This document shows, one piece after another, positions 25,886-39,335 of a DNA stretch of 64,000 nt (the stretch's first letter is position 1; each line of letters starts with the position of its first letter). The DNA is taken from the NCBI GenBank assembly GCA_030141605.1, contig JAQGDQ010000264.1:186001-250000 (forward strand). Reading direction: 5' to 3'. The translations under genes and the position numbers were made by a program. Source of the stretch: Tubiluchus corallicola (lineage: Eukaryota; Animalia; Priapulida). The notes beneath the pieces are model-generated. The model was not told where the DNA came from. It saw nothing but the letters and a program-made list of their open reading frames with translations, and searched no databases.

Positions 25886-26176
25886 GAAATGAGCAATAAG
25901 AAATGTTGCTGTAAATATTTGGACAGACATACAAGTGTTTCTTACTTACTTGTGATTTTTTTCATTAAATGGAAAGTGCATTGATACAATGAAAAAGGTA
26001 TGGATACATTTCCATACATTGTGTTCGCAGCAAGTGATGCAATATTGCTAAAAATTATCACAAACTATAACTTACGAATGACATCTTTGAGAGTTTAACA
26101 TACCCAGAAACTGAACTGTTCTTTATTGACTTGTTTGATACAATCTTAACTGGAACTGTTTCTGTAATGCTCTGTA

Positions 26177-26225
26177 AATAAATGTGTTTGTGTTACATGT
26201 TATTGAATATTTTTTTTACAATAAA
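26177..26225 (+). terminator. Candidate EMC1 polyadenylation signals
   Basis: AATAAA at 26177 (followed by a GT-rich tract) and at 26220, about 300 nt after the stop codon. Confidence 0.5.
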
Positions 26226-27205
26226 CAGTTAAATCGGTAATGTTCACTTTTTGATATTTACTATCAGTAGCTAACTGTAGCTTATAGTAAGTAATTAGGC
26301 AAATGACAAATTGTGGTTGATTAATGAAGATTGCAAGGCACCAATAGCCTAAGAGTGTCCACTGGTATTAACTACTTGGGCCTGGTTTGCAATATTCCAT
26401 ATTTTTTCTACAAATGCACAAGTCGATATGACAATTTGGTCGTTTAAATATGTACACAAACGAAAAGATGTACTGGTAAACTAAGCAGGAAGTAATAACC
26501 AGCTTATAAACTGAACACTCACTAATTGTTTTTTTGATGAAATCAAATAGGCGTGTCTTGACAGTTAAACTGAATATTAACAACCGTGGACTTTCAAGAA
26601 CTTTCTAAACAATATGTTTATAAAAAACTTAAATGAAAAAGGAAAAGAGCCATAGTTTCACTTGCCATACACAAATATATTATGCAAAAATAAACATTTA
26701 CACTTATCACATGACCACATTTTTTAAAGTCTTGTTGAAATTTTACACCAGATTCATGAAGCACATAATACTACCAAGTACAACCGCAAAAAAGCAGTAA
26801 ATTAATAAAATCCAAATATGAACATGACTTTAACAAATCACATAATCCAAACAAATGTTATTAATGAAAAACAAATTGGCTAACTTGATCGTTCGATGCC
26901 AGTTAAAATCATTTTACCCTTTAGCACTGCAAACTAAAGCATCTACAGGTAAACTATACTTAACGAGCCAGAACCAAAATTCTGGAGTAATTATCCTTGA
27001 TAAATGTGCAGTAGTCCTAAGTGACTCATTAACCTAGTTAGACTCACTGCTAGTTTTCACTTTACGTGATTCATGGCAAAATGAGTACAATAAATAAAGG
27101 AAGTTGCTAAATTACAATAATGCAAGGCCATAATAAATAAGTACCAACAAAATTGGAAAATGCACCGTAAAACAAGAGAAAAATTTAATGTCGAAGAATG
27201 AGAGC

Positions 27206-30200
27206 TTAGATCAGCTTGTCCATCCACTGCTGTATTCCGTCCAAATCAGGCTCCTCGCCTTCGCCCTGTGCGCTCACTTCTGCAAATTCCACTCTGATGG
27301 AACCTAAGTGGGAAAACTCAAAATCCTTTCCCTTCTTCCCCAGGAATGTGTTGTTAGATGAGGAATTATCAATAGAAGCCAGAGTAGCAGCCTGTGTTAC
27401 TCTCAACATGTTTCTGGAAATAAAAACAAGTAGACAACAACAAAGACATTTTTCACGTTAGTATTTAACAAAAATGGTGAGAATTAATAATACGCTAGAC
27501 GACTATGACTTGTTGGTTCCCAATTCTGTAATGTCAATAAAATGCTCTTAGAAAACAGTAATTAATTAAATGATTAGCTAGTAATGATTTAATAATAAAT
27601 CGTAACTTCTGCAACCCAGAAATTAAACCTAATTATTATAGATAATGACAGATGATGTAACAGCTAATTTACTAAAGAAAGGAGGCTACTGAGTACCATG
27701 CTGTGATTAAACCTTATACCTGGTGCTTAGAATAAAATGCACAAATTGTCAATGGGCAATTGCAGTCCTAATATAAAAAAGTCAATAACACAAATTTAAT
27801 TTTTAATACGACAAGAATGGTGATAATTACTAAATAATCCCACTATTAAAAATTCTGTCTTAGTAGTGACATGTTTTAGTAATAAAAATCAATAATGTAC
27901 TCAAACTAAATAAACATTCTCACTTTACTAACACAACACAAAAGTTTTGTTTTGGCACAAATCATCATCAAGTGCTGTTTTGTTTGCTATTATAATGGCT
28001 TGCAAACAAACTGCTGATATGTATGTGCTATTACATATGATCGAAAACTGTATTTTTTATCTGTATAAAAACAACCAGGAAAAGTGTTTGTTGGAATGGA
28101 ATATAAAAAACCATTTTCTTTCAGTACCTTTACATCATACTTACATAGATTGCACATACAAAATTTGGGCATAATAGAGTGCTAAGGTATAACTATGTAG
28201 CCTAATTTTTTGACAAGTTTTTTTTTTATTACTTTACAGATGAGCTATAGTCATTTTTAAGTTTTTGTTAAATACTCAGTAAATTTACTTCTCTTTACAG
28301 GTGACAAACTAAGACCAAAATTAATAAGCAAATTAGAATAAACGTCAGAGACGAATCCAAGGTTTAAAAGTTTCCTTTGTCTAGAAATTTTATGGTATCA
28401 AAAGCTATTAAAATGTTTTAACATATAACTTGATTTTGTGACATATAACAAAAAGTTAGGAAGCCAACTATGTACATTCCTTAAACACTTAGTATTAACA
28501 GTATCTTCTTTTTCTAATTCAAGCTACTTACAGTTCTTTTTCTAACAAGGGCTTCACAACTTTTGCTGACTTTGCTGATGGCAGATCTAAAAAAATCAAC
28601 GTTTTATTATCAAAATTGCAACAAGTTTGCTTAATTAAAAAAAACAATGCATTGATGAGCACAAATATTTCTATTTTTTTTTATTTCGTTCAGAAACCAG
28701 GGATGTGCCGATATGATATATAATCGGAGACCGGCAAGCAAACTAGCATATCAGACAGAACAGATCAGAGATCGGGCGGGCAGATAATATTGTGACATCG
28801 GCAATAGCAATAGGTAAAAATAATGGGTATCAAATTCAGACACAGGTTCGCAGTTCAGCACATCCCTGCTTAAAAAACTAAACATTGCAAAAATTATAGA
28901 AAAGTAATTTAGCACCTATAGGCATGGCACATCACCTACCTTGCTTGTTTAGGGCTATTAACAGTGGTATACCACTCGCAACTACTTTATCCACCAATAT
29001 CGAATATAAATACCTAAAATATACACAACACAATAATGTGTGACAAGGTGACATCAAACTACCAATTGCACACTGTGTAATACAAAAGCAAAATTTAGAA
29101 GTATGATGGCGTCAATTAGTTCAATAATAATTTCAATGATTGGTGAACATCAAGAGTAAGGTGCCGATAAAGAAGTGATAGTATTCTATCCAGAAAGTGA
29201 TGACATCTATTGACAATAAACAAAAAGCTTCAAAGCTACCCCACTTTAGTGTGTAAGCTACTGCATGTGTATTTAGTTTTGTACACATTTAATTACACAT
29301 AATTTTTGACAACTAAAGAGGCTACATTAACCTTTTTCTTAAGTGTACAAAAAAAACAAATGATAAGTGGTAAGTGATATGTGTTTGCCAATCAAAGATT
29401 TCACATATGATAATTAATACCCAAGAATTTAATTTCTTTTACTTGTTAAATTTGGCATTCTCTTATTTCTTGATCTAAAACAACATATTTAGTTTTGGAA
29501 GCGTTCAGTGATAATTTGTTACTACTAAACCAGTTTGATATTTGCTGCAATTCAATATTTATTACTGCCTCAATAAAAGTATTATTTAGACAATAAACTG
29601 GTGTCATCAGCAAGCTGCAGAATTTTTCCATTAACAATACGTTTTATGTCACTGATGTACACAAGAAACAAGAGTGGTTCCAAGAATCGACCCTTGTGGA
29701 ACATCACAAGAAACTAGATTTGAACTAGATATACAGTTATTATACTTTGCTGCTTAGAACCTGCGAGAAACAAACCAGTTATTTGCAACACCTCTTATTT
29801 CATAGTGGCAATATTTATTGATTAAAATTTTATATCAAGTGTCAAAAGATTTTGACAAATCACAGATTATAGTCACAGATAAGTTATTATCATCAATATC
29901 TCTAATTATGTTGGTCAGCATATCAATTAAAGCCATTTCTGTAGTACTACCTTTACGAAATCCATACTGTGCGTCATTTAATATGCTTTGTTTATGTAAA
30001 TAATCTGTAAGTGCAAAGACACACATTTCTCAATAATTTTCGAAAAACATGACAGTAATGAAATGGGCCTGTAATTATTTATACAGTGCGGATCGTCAGC
30101 TTTATGAATAGGGTTGCTTTAGCTTATTAGGGACAATTCCAGAGGTAAGTGATATGGGTTAAAAGTACTGCAATATATTCTATGATATCAAGCATTATCC

Positions 30201-33200
30201 TGGGAGAGAGCTGATCAATACTGGCTATATGTTGTATAATTGGTTACAACACGTAGTAGAGAGTGCAACTAGCACTCAATATCTGGTGGGCAGGCAGTGA
30301 AAGCTGAAAAAGGAACTCAAAAATATTGTATGAAATTTAAATTTATCGAGTACATGTTACCCACTACTCAATGTTCTAATCCACGGTTTAAATGGGATCT
30401 GTTATTCAGTTAGCGCTGTAGGACAAATTAGGAATTCTCTGTGATTTGCGGAAGGTTTTGTGGTGCCACGAACTGGCTGTAAAATGATTATGACAATTGT
30501 GGCTAGCGCCTACGTATTATTAAATGTTATCTAAGATTAGCTAGTATATGAAATTCTGTCACTTACTCTGCTACATCTTTAATCTCTTTCTGTGCCGTTG
30601 CACTATCAATCACAAATACAACACCCCTATAAAGCAAATTAATATAAACAGAACTTACAGATTCTTTTCTTGACAATCAATTTAAATCAGTCTACATCTT
30701 CTAAAAAAGGAAAAATAAACAAGTCACAGACAAGTCTGGTGCTGACAGGCAAAAGTATGTACCTGCAAACAGTAAAATAAACATGTCTGGTACTTTACAG
30801 AAAAAAATAAACATATTGCTTAAAGACAACAGGAGTAACTAACTCCCAGTTATTTTGCACCGCACAGATGAACAGCCATTACTTACCTAGCTGTTGATTT
30901 AAAATGATCAAATAACTGACGTCGCAGACGCTCATGACCTGGAACATCAATTATCTGCAGGAAAGCCGATTTCTAAACAGATAAAAACAAAAATGTCACT
31001 TAATACGACGGTAGCAAAATTCTCACTCGATCTGTACATGTGAGCTGTCTAGTAGTGTGGCAATATGTTTGGTTACAACTATGACAATAGGTTACAACTA
31101 TGACAGCAAGCACTATGGCTTAACAGTTAAGCAGCACTCACACAAAATTTATACATACGAAATGTTCAAATGCCAAGGGTGATCCAAAAATGTCCATAGT
31201 AAAAATCTATTACTACTGTACATGTTAAATAATATCTCTTATTTTGCAGCATATTTGTATACCTCATTTTTAGGTCTTGCTTTTCAACTTGCAATTACAC
31301 ATACCTTTTTAGAATTCTTAACAGAATATAGTCCTTTGTTAGGCTGCATGGACGTGTAACTTTTCACGTAGCGTCCATACGACAGCTGAAATATGGTTCA
31401 AATATATATAAATTAGATTGTCAAAAGTTTCACAGTAGATTGATATATTACCAAATTTAATTAACTTACATAATATAATTTGATATGCTTGAGGCTATGA
31501 AACAATGGCTTTCAGTCAGTTGTGAAAAAAGAGACCATGGGTTAATGGGCTAATTGTCAAAATATTGCACACAAAAGCTAAAGAATTTTGTTGGCAGTGC
31601 CACAAAAGAGTATAGTATAGTAAGTGCATCAGTCAACTATTACTACTGATTTTAATAATCCAGTGCAGTTTTGATGACAAATAAAGAAATTTTGAAAGCA
31701 AAGCTAGATTCAGCATTCTCGTCAGCAAAGTCTACAACAACTACAAACTGGTATAACATCGAGTTTTAACAAACCTGTGCAAAAATTAATGTTTTTCCCG
31801 ACTCACAAAGTCCAACAAACAGAATAGCATTTTTGTCTGACCGGCTGCGCAACAATTTCAAAAGAACTGAAATAAAAAAGGCATAATTTAATACCTATTG
31901 CAACAAGTGAAGATTTTTAGACTTTTGTGGTCTATGTCAATGTCAAGTGAACATTTTTTACATTTTTATGGACTAAGTCAATGTCAAGTGCACAATATTT
32001 TTACACTTTTGTGATCAATATCAATGTCAAGTGAATATTTTCACTTTTGTAGTCTATGTCAATGTCAAGTGAGCATTTTTACACTTTTGCGGTATATGTC
32101 AATGTCAAGTGAACTTTTTTACACTTTTGCGGTATATGTCAATGTCAAGTGCACAATATTTTTACACTTTTGTGGTCTATATCAATGTCAAGTGAACATT
32201 TTTACATTTTTGTGGTCTATGTCAATGTCAAGTGAATATTTTTACACTTTTGCAGTATATGTCAATGTCAAGTGAACATTTTTGCACTTTTGTGGTCTAT
32301 ATCAATGTCAAGTGAACATTTTTACATTTTTGTGGTCTATGTCAATGTCAAGTGAACATTTTTTACATTTTTATGGACTAAATCAATGTCAAGTGCACAA
32401 TATTTTTACACTTTTGTGATCAATATCAATGTCAAGTGAATATTTTCACTTTTGTAGTCTATGTCAATGTTAAGTGAGCATTTTTACACTTTTGCGGTAT
32501 ATGTCAATGTCAAGTGAACTTTTTTACACTTTTGCGGTATATGTCAATGTCAAGTGCACAATATTTTTACACTTTTGTGGTCTATATCAATGTCAAGTGA
32601 ACATTTTTACATTTTTGTGGTCTATGTCAATGTCAAGTGAATATTTTTACACTTTTGCAGTATATGTCAATGTCAAGTGAACATTTTTGCACTTTTGTGG
32701 TCTATATCAATGTCAAGTGAACATTTTTACATTTTTGTGGTCTATGTCAATGTCAAGTGAACATTTTTTACATTTTTATGGACTAAATCAATGTCAAGTG
32801 CACAATATTTTTACACTTTTGTGATCTATGTCAATGTCAAATGAACAGTTTTACATTTTTGTGGTCTACATCATTGTCAAGTAACCATTTTTACACTTTT
32901 GTGGCCTAAGTCAATATCAAGTGAACATTTTTACATTTTTGTGGTATATGTCAATGTCAAGTGTATACTTTTTCACTTTTGTGGTTTATGCTAATGTCAA
33001 ATGAACATTTTTACACTTTTGTGGTATAATGCCAAGTGAACATTTTTGGTCTATGTCAATGTTTCAAAAGCCTTGGATATCTGGGCTCTTGTCAACTTTG
33101 CAATGCATAGGTAACCTGGCTAATGATTAACAAGAGCATTTTGCAATTAAAGAAAAGAGCAAAAGCTACGTCAATGTGGTAGCTACGTTAGCATTAGGGC

Positions 33201-36200
33201 TGTAACGATACAGTTGAGTCACGATATGATATGTATCATGATACTAACCCCAAGATACGTATCACGATACATCTGACAACTATTTAATGGAATATAGATG
33301 TAAACAATTTTGCAATTGCTAATAAAAATTATAATCAATTTTTATGTTATCATAGTTACGCGAAACATTATGTTCAACTTTTATGTTTATAGCTGTGGTC
33401 AACAAATTCATAAAAAAGTAATAACTAATAAATTGCTGCTGATTTATTTTATCACTTTTAAAATTTAGTAGCTTAGTTAGTGCTAGTACTGCACATTTTT
33501 CTTTAAAAAAAATCAAAATATCCACATTTTCATAGGATAGTGAAGCCCTCCGGCTTGTTACAAAGTCTCCTGCTGTCGAGAACACTCTTTCACTTGGCGC
33601 AAAAGTAGCAGATGTTTGCAATTAATATTTTGCGGCTTCTGCAAATTAATGGGAATATATTGCTGTGCTGTACCACCAATGCAGAGGACTGCCATTCATG
33701 TGCATTGGCTGTTCCGTTCTGTACTTTGTAACCTCTTCTGTCATTCTGTCATGAAGGGAGTTCGTCTTGCTTACTGATGCGTAAACGTGCCCCAACAATG
33801 TTTCCAAGGCTGGCCTTTTAGATGCAATAACGTCTGTGTCAACTTGCTCATGGCTATTGGTTTCTTGCTGAAGGTTCTGCTGCTGGTAAGTTCATGCAAC
33901 GACTGTCTTCATGAAGTCTAACAATTTTTCTAACCAAAGACATGTAGAAACAGTTCTTTGTGTCTCCATCTACTTTTCCAGCAGTGGGAGAGATTTGAAT
34001 CTCCATCGCACAATGCTCGAGGAGGAAATCTTCCACTTCTTTAGATGTATAACACTTTGCTAAATCACTACAAATAGCCACTTTCATGTTTTGAGTCACA
34101 TTAGAATCACTTTCATGTTTTGAGTCACATTAGAATCACTTTCAAGGTTCACAGTCATTGTATCAAATATGAGTTTCCGGAGTGGGTAAATAAGAGGCAA
34201 TGTGGGAATTTCAGATTCACAAAGGATTTTTGTAATAGTCTTTAGAGGTTTCACAATAACAACAAGCTCTTCAAGCTTTGCAACATCATCTTCTTTTAAT
34301 GTGCAATGTCTTTTTCGTTTTTTCGAATGTCCTTTTCCAGTAGTGTTGCTTCAACTGCTGCTTGCTGTTCTAAAAATCTTTTACACATGTCGTTACTGTT
34401 ACATCTGGTTTGAACATCCTGTATCAATTTATGGTTTGGAATTTCTGCCAACTTTTGCTTCTGTGCTAGTACAGCTGTAGCCATTGTACTTCTATGTACT
34501 TAGCAACATGACAGCATCATTAACTTGTAATCTTTTCTGGTAAGCCAGGTTGACAGTATGAGCAAGGTACTTCGCATTCGAAAACAAATTGGCTTCTTTT
34601 ACAACAATGTCCATGTTGCCTGCATTGTCTGTAACAAGCGGTATGCTGTATTTTATTGGCAGTTGCCATTCATTAACAGCTGCTTTAAGCACAGCGCCAA
34701 GATGCTTCCCCATGTGTGACTCTGTTATCATGTTTGTTTGAAAAACGTAATTTGCTAATTTCCATTCATCGGTGATAAAATAAACAGTCATAGTATTATA
34801 ACCATCAGTGGCACTCGAGGTCCAGTCATCAGTAGTTAAAGCAACGCACGTGGCTTTGCTAATCTTGTTTTTACTTGAGTCCATTTCTTTGTACAACTGA
34901 GGCATCAATGTTTGACTGAAGTAAGTATGCAAAGGTATAGTGTATCGCAGCTCTAATACATTTATCAGTTTTCTGAAGCCAGAACTTTCAACAACAGAAA
35001 ATGGTTTTAAATCTGCTGCCATAAAAATTCCAATGTGTTTCATTGCCAATTGAGCTTTTTGCAATTCAGATGCTAGTTTTGACTTAAAAGCATCGGACAG
35101 TTTCATTTAACCAGTTTCAGGCGCACTTTTGGAAGTTGGCGGTGCTTACTTACTTTTGCTCAGTGATTATTCACATGAATTTCCTTCATTCCAGCTATCT
35201 AAATGATGCCACTTCATGTGTAATGTCATATTTGTTGTATTTCCAGCATAATATAAAGCAGCATCACAAACTCGGCGAGTAGTTCTTATACCGTTCTGAT
35301 CATATCTTACTGGGAACAGAAAATGCTTCCAAACTTTTGATTTGAAGGTGGCAGGTGCATTTTCTAATTCACACTTGCTAGCCATATTCTGCAGATTAAA
35401 ATACACGATTATTACAATGTTGACTGCAGGCTGCACGCTGTAGCATGTATACGTCAGCTCTTGGGACAGCTTAAACTGTGTTGAAGGAGTGATTGTTACG
35501 TATCTAGTGTAGTACAGTACACTGGGGTTTTACATTGCTTATATCAGCAACACTCAGACATGTGGCCATGTGCCAAACTTCAGACACTCGGGCGAGTCAA
35601 AGTATCGCGATACAGACACGCTTTGATGATGCGCGTATTGTACCAAAAGAAATTACAATGCATTGATGTATCGTTACAGGCCTAGTTAGCATTAAGCAAG
35701 AAAACCAATTCTGCATGTTTCAGCTTTGCATCTACTGCAGAGCCTTTAAGCATTTATTTTTATCCATGTAAAATAAGCATCTACGTCACACTGTCGACCC
35801 ATGTACGTCACACTGTCTCCACAGTTTCTTTAAATAGTTTATAGGGGGCAACATTAGTAACACACAAGAGAGTAAACTCAGGCCTAAAATTTTGCTAAAG
35901 TAGAAAGCTACACGATCGCAGGAATTGTTTCGCATTTTATTTAAGAAAAATAAGAGCTTTAACAGAGAGAAAATAAACTCCACAATCTATCAAGAAAAAG
36001 AAATTAAAAGTCATAATCACATGTATTAGCTGTATATCACAATAAAAAAATGTTTAATGTGGAGACTGGGATGCTATGTTGAAAAAAATTACAAATGGCC
36101 ACATGGTCCGAAAATCAGATTGGCGGGCGTAAGTACTAGTGTTTACATGGGTAGCATAAATCAGACTCGTGCACCTTTTCCTTATACTCGACATTGCACC

Positions 36201-36863
36201 CGGGAACATTCAGCGACTACAAAGAAATTAAAATTTTTATTTGCAATGGGTGCACTTCATTTAACTGCAGTGTTACCTTAGCAATAAACATAGTAAAGGC
36301 TCTGAACAGAGAAGCTATGAATGACATATGTTAGCGTTTTGCCACACGACATTTGACTGAGTTTTTGCCCTTATCTGCCAGGCGTTTTCATTACTTATAC
36401 TGTACACTTTATCAATGAGTCAGCTACAACGTATAGATTATTGGCACATACTATGACTTACAGCCATGACTATATGACTTATGACTATAAAAAAAAGTAT
36501 AATATATATTGACTTACAGTAAAACTAAAAGCAGCTTACACGTTAAGCCACAATCCATAGATGGAGTATAAGCACATAATTTACGTTATTTTCCCCTGCT
36601 CTTCGCTGGGCTTGAATAGTTTGTACGGAGGTCTCTTAAACTACTTCTAGACTGTCTACTGTACCGTAAGTAAACGTATGGCACACTGGGCATACGCTGC
36701 ATCACAAAGGTAAACAAACTATAACTATTTTGGAAATACCTATAGTCAGGAGTACAACTGCTACACCAACCAACACTCCAACGTAAGTTGGGTCGCCCTT
36801 TTTTAAGCCGGTGTTAAAATTTTCTAATTGAACAAGGAAAAGTCTCACAATTTCTGTTGCCAT
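27206..36863 (-). CDS. SRPRB: Signal recognition particle receptor subunit beta (SR-beta, Arf/Sar-like GTPase), 8 exons, 259 aa
   Basis: Minus-strand exons 36863-36740, 31866-31775, 31385-31305, 30972-30887, 30626-30567, 29013-28940, 28586-28532, 27413-27206 join in frame (780 nt). Motifs: N-terminal TM (DPTYVGVLVGVAVVLLTIVLLKLL), P-loop GLCESGKT, DVPGHERLR, VFVIDS..QKEIKDVAEYLYSIL, LIALNKQD, LEKELNMLRVTQAA, LGKKGKDFEFSHL. Confidence 0.96.
28698..28868. mobile_element. Short hAT-type MITE
   Basis: TIRs cagggatgtgccga / tcagcacatccctg. No TSD recognisable. Confidence 0.6.
29290..30130 (-). mobile_element. Degenerate CR1/L2-group LINE reverse-transcriptase fragment in SRPRB intron 5
   Basis: Pieces QYGFRKGSTTEMALIDM..DLSKSFDT, DVPQGSILG, ADDT, and ELQQISNWFSSNKLSLNASKTKY, with frameshifts and stops. 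Confidence 0.88.
31901..33061. repeat. ~40-bp minisatellite (~28 units) with a 405-bp higher-order period
   Basis: Unit approximately gtcaatgtcaagtgaacatttttacacttttgtggtctat. The variant marker ggactaa recurs at 31970, 32375 and 32780. Confidence 0.95.
33195..35684 (-). mobile_element. Full-length hAT (Ac/ZBED1-like) DNA transposon with pseudogenised transposase, in SRPRB intron 1
   Basis: TIRs tagggctgtaacgataca / tgtatcgttacaggccta; perfect 8-bp TSD gttagcat; subterminal CGATAC repeats. Transposase from ATG 35385: BED finger (KSKVWKHF..GNTTNMTLHMKWHH), DLKPFSVVESSGF, ALTTDDWTS, VTDNAGNM, LIQDVQTRC, dimerisation motif SERVFSTAG; many stops and frameshifts. Confidence 0.94.
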
Positions 36864-38499
36864 GTTTCCTGCTTCCATACAACGTTGCTACAGCTAGCAA
36901 CGCACCGCATTTTTTTACACCAGGCTACATTTCGATCCTAAATAAACTGTATCTATGGTTGAGCAGTGAGAAATGAGAATTCCCATGGGAATTTTACCCT
37001 TTTTTCCAGCTTATCATGATTGCTTGTGACTTCCTGTCAAGTTCCTGACCGTATATGTAGTAGTACTAGATTAAGTTGCGCATGTTTACAGGCTATGCGG
37101 TGTCATGATAGCTGGTGCATTTTCACTAATAATTAATGTTAATTAAAAAAGTTATAGCAATATAATTATATGAGTGAAGCATATAATTACAACATAATCT
37201 AATATTGCCTGAATCAAAATAATTAGAATTAGCTTAATTATTATGCTAAATACAGCTTGAAACAGGTGATATAAAGTTGACTAAAAGTTTGTATAATTGC
37301 ATTCTGCATGAAATTACAATACAGGACATGACATACTGAATTTTTAACACAGAATACTGTTTCTGGCCCAACATAATAATGTTATATTTCTTCAAAACTT
37401 TATACCCTATCCAAAGAAATTGGGGCATAGGTGGAAACTATATTCCGCACGTGCCCTTTCTCAAAATGCCTTTTGAAACTAATGAAATATTCATTATTAA
37501 TAATGAAATGTAATTCCATGGGTGATCCCAATGAAAAGTGCACTTGTACAGTATATTTATCATATGAATGCTAATGGTATATGAATTCATTAGCTGAACT
37601 ACATGATACCCAAAGAAGTGAGATGATGATACTGGCTCTGAATTATTACACACACAACTTCAAACTGTGAACACTCCTTCGCTTATGTATGTCAATATGT
37701 CCATGTTAAATGTCAGAATATCTACCTACTAAGTAAAAACAATTCCGATTTAAAAGTAAGAATAGTAAAACGAAAAAGGCATGAAGAAATAACTTGCCAG
37801 TAAACTTGTCTTATGTATCGCGTGCTGGTCGTGCTAACAGAATAGGTGTTGTAATGCTAAATAAAGTCGCTTGCTGATTCAGTTGCTGATCGAGTTATAT
37901 TGATCCATTTGTGATGATGATTCTGCTATTATTTGTCTTAATTGGCCACTGGAATGTAAGATGTGCACTTTTTAATTAATATTACCAATCGGTTTATGTA
38001 TTGTAATCGACCATTATAACATGGTGGCTAATAACAATGGGGTAGTGGTTGATTATATACCTTGATTGGTTCATTAATTCACTGTGTACATCTTACGCAA
38101 ATCTCTGATTGACCTTGCTGTTTACTTACCTGCACATCTTCCAAACTAACTACTTGCTTGTGATACGGGCAGAGGTTTGACACAATGGAGTTTGAACACA
38201 TAGCTCTGTTCTGTTCAGCCTCTATTATGACAGGTTTTATGATATTTGTCGTGTTTTGTGCTGTTCCATTCTGTGCTGTTCTTCTTCATTCTATTCTGAT
38301 CTGATCTGGTCTGATACATGTTGTTCAAAACCACTTATTCTATTCTATTTAACTCGACTTTATTGCAAGCAAGTAAGTTTGAAAGTAAATAACACAGTTT
38401 GATGCTTTTTCCACATTTAATACGTAGTTGTTAATTTCTACAATTGCATGCATTTAAGTATTTTTACAGTTATTAATTAGTTACTTACAGATAGGTTCT

Positions 38500-39335
38500 A
38501 AATAAGGTGGTAGATATGCAGGTAGGTAGGTAGGTCAGCATGTATGTATGTACGTATATATGTATGTATGTATGTATGCATGTAGGTAGGTAGGTAGGTA
38601 GGTAGGTAGGTAGGTAAGTAGCTAGGTAGCTAGACAGCTAGGTAGGTAGGCAGTTAGGTAGCTAGGTGGGCAAGTAGGTAGGTACACAAGTAGATAGGTA
38701 GGGAGACACGTATAGGTAAATAGTTAGGTAGGTGGGTAAGGACGTAGATAGGTAGGTGGGTAAGTAGGTAGCTAAGAAGGTAGGTAGGTAAGTAGATAAG
38801 TAGGTAGATAAGTGCAGGTACATAAATTATGGATAGACAGGTAGGTAAGTAGGCAGGTAGATATGTAGGTAAATAAGTAGGTAGGTAAGGAGCTAGGTAG
38901 ACAGATTAGGTACTGACCTACCTACCTACCTATATACCTCACTACCTAATTGTTTACTTACCTGCAGTACTACCAAACTACTTGCTTGCGATACTGACAG
39001 AGGTTGGACACAATGAAGTTTGAACACACCGTTATGAAGTAGGTATAGGTAGGTAGGCAGGTAACTAGGTATGTAAGAAGTATGTAGGTAGGTGGACAGC
39101 TAGGTAGGTCGGTAACTAAGAAGGTAGGTAGGTAAGTAGGTAGATGAGTAGGTAAGTAATTAAACAAGTAAGTAGATAAACAAGTGGATGTGTAGATAGA
39201 TAGGTAGGTAAGTTATAAGTGAGGTACGCAGGCTTGCAAATGGGTAGAAGGGTTGGCGGGTAAGCATTTGGGTAGATAGAGAGATAGGTAGGAAAATAGG
39301 TAGGTAGGTAGTTAGGTAAGCAGGCAGGTAGGACT
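38500..39335. repeat. Degenerate (TAGG)n/(TATG)n microsatellite tract with a short inverted (CCTA)n segment
   Basis: Directly visible ggtaggtagg runs at ~38520-38910 and ~39040-39330, and a cctacctacc inversion at ~38917-38947. Confidence 0.9.

Noticed and set aside
31901-33061. CRISPR-like array or repetitive ORFs (32024-32275, 32474-32680)
   Set aside because: The units are contiguous with no unique spacers, there are no cas genes, and the context is a eukaryotic intron; the ORFs are by-products of the repeat.
35780-36490. ACGTCA and repeated ATGACT motifs as UPR/bZIP elements for SRPRB
   Set aside because: No full UPRE/ERSE consensus; hexamers are expected by chance.
36518-36558. Minus-strand ATG exon MDCGLTCKLLLVL with a GTAAGT donor as SRPRB exon 1
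   Set aside because: It ends in phase 2 while exon 2 needs phase 1; exon 36863-36740 fits both the phase and the SR-beta TM segment.
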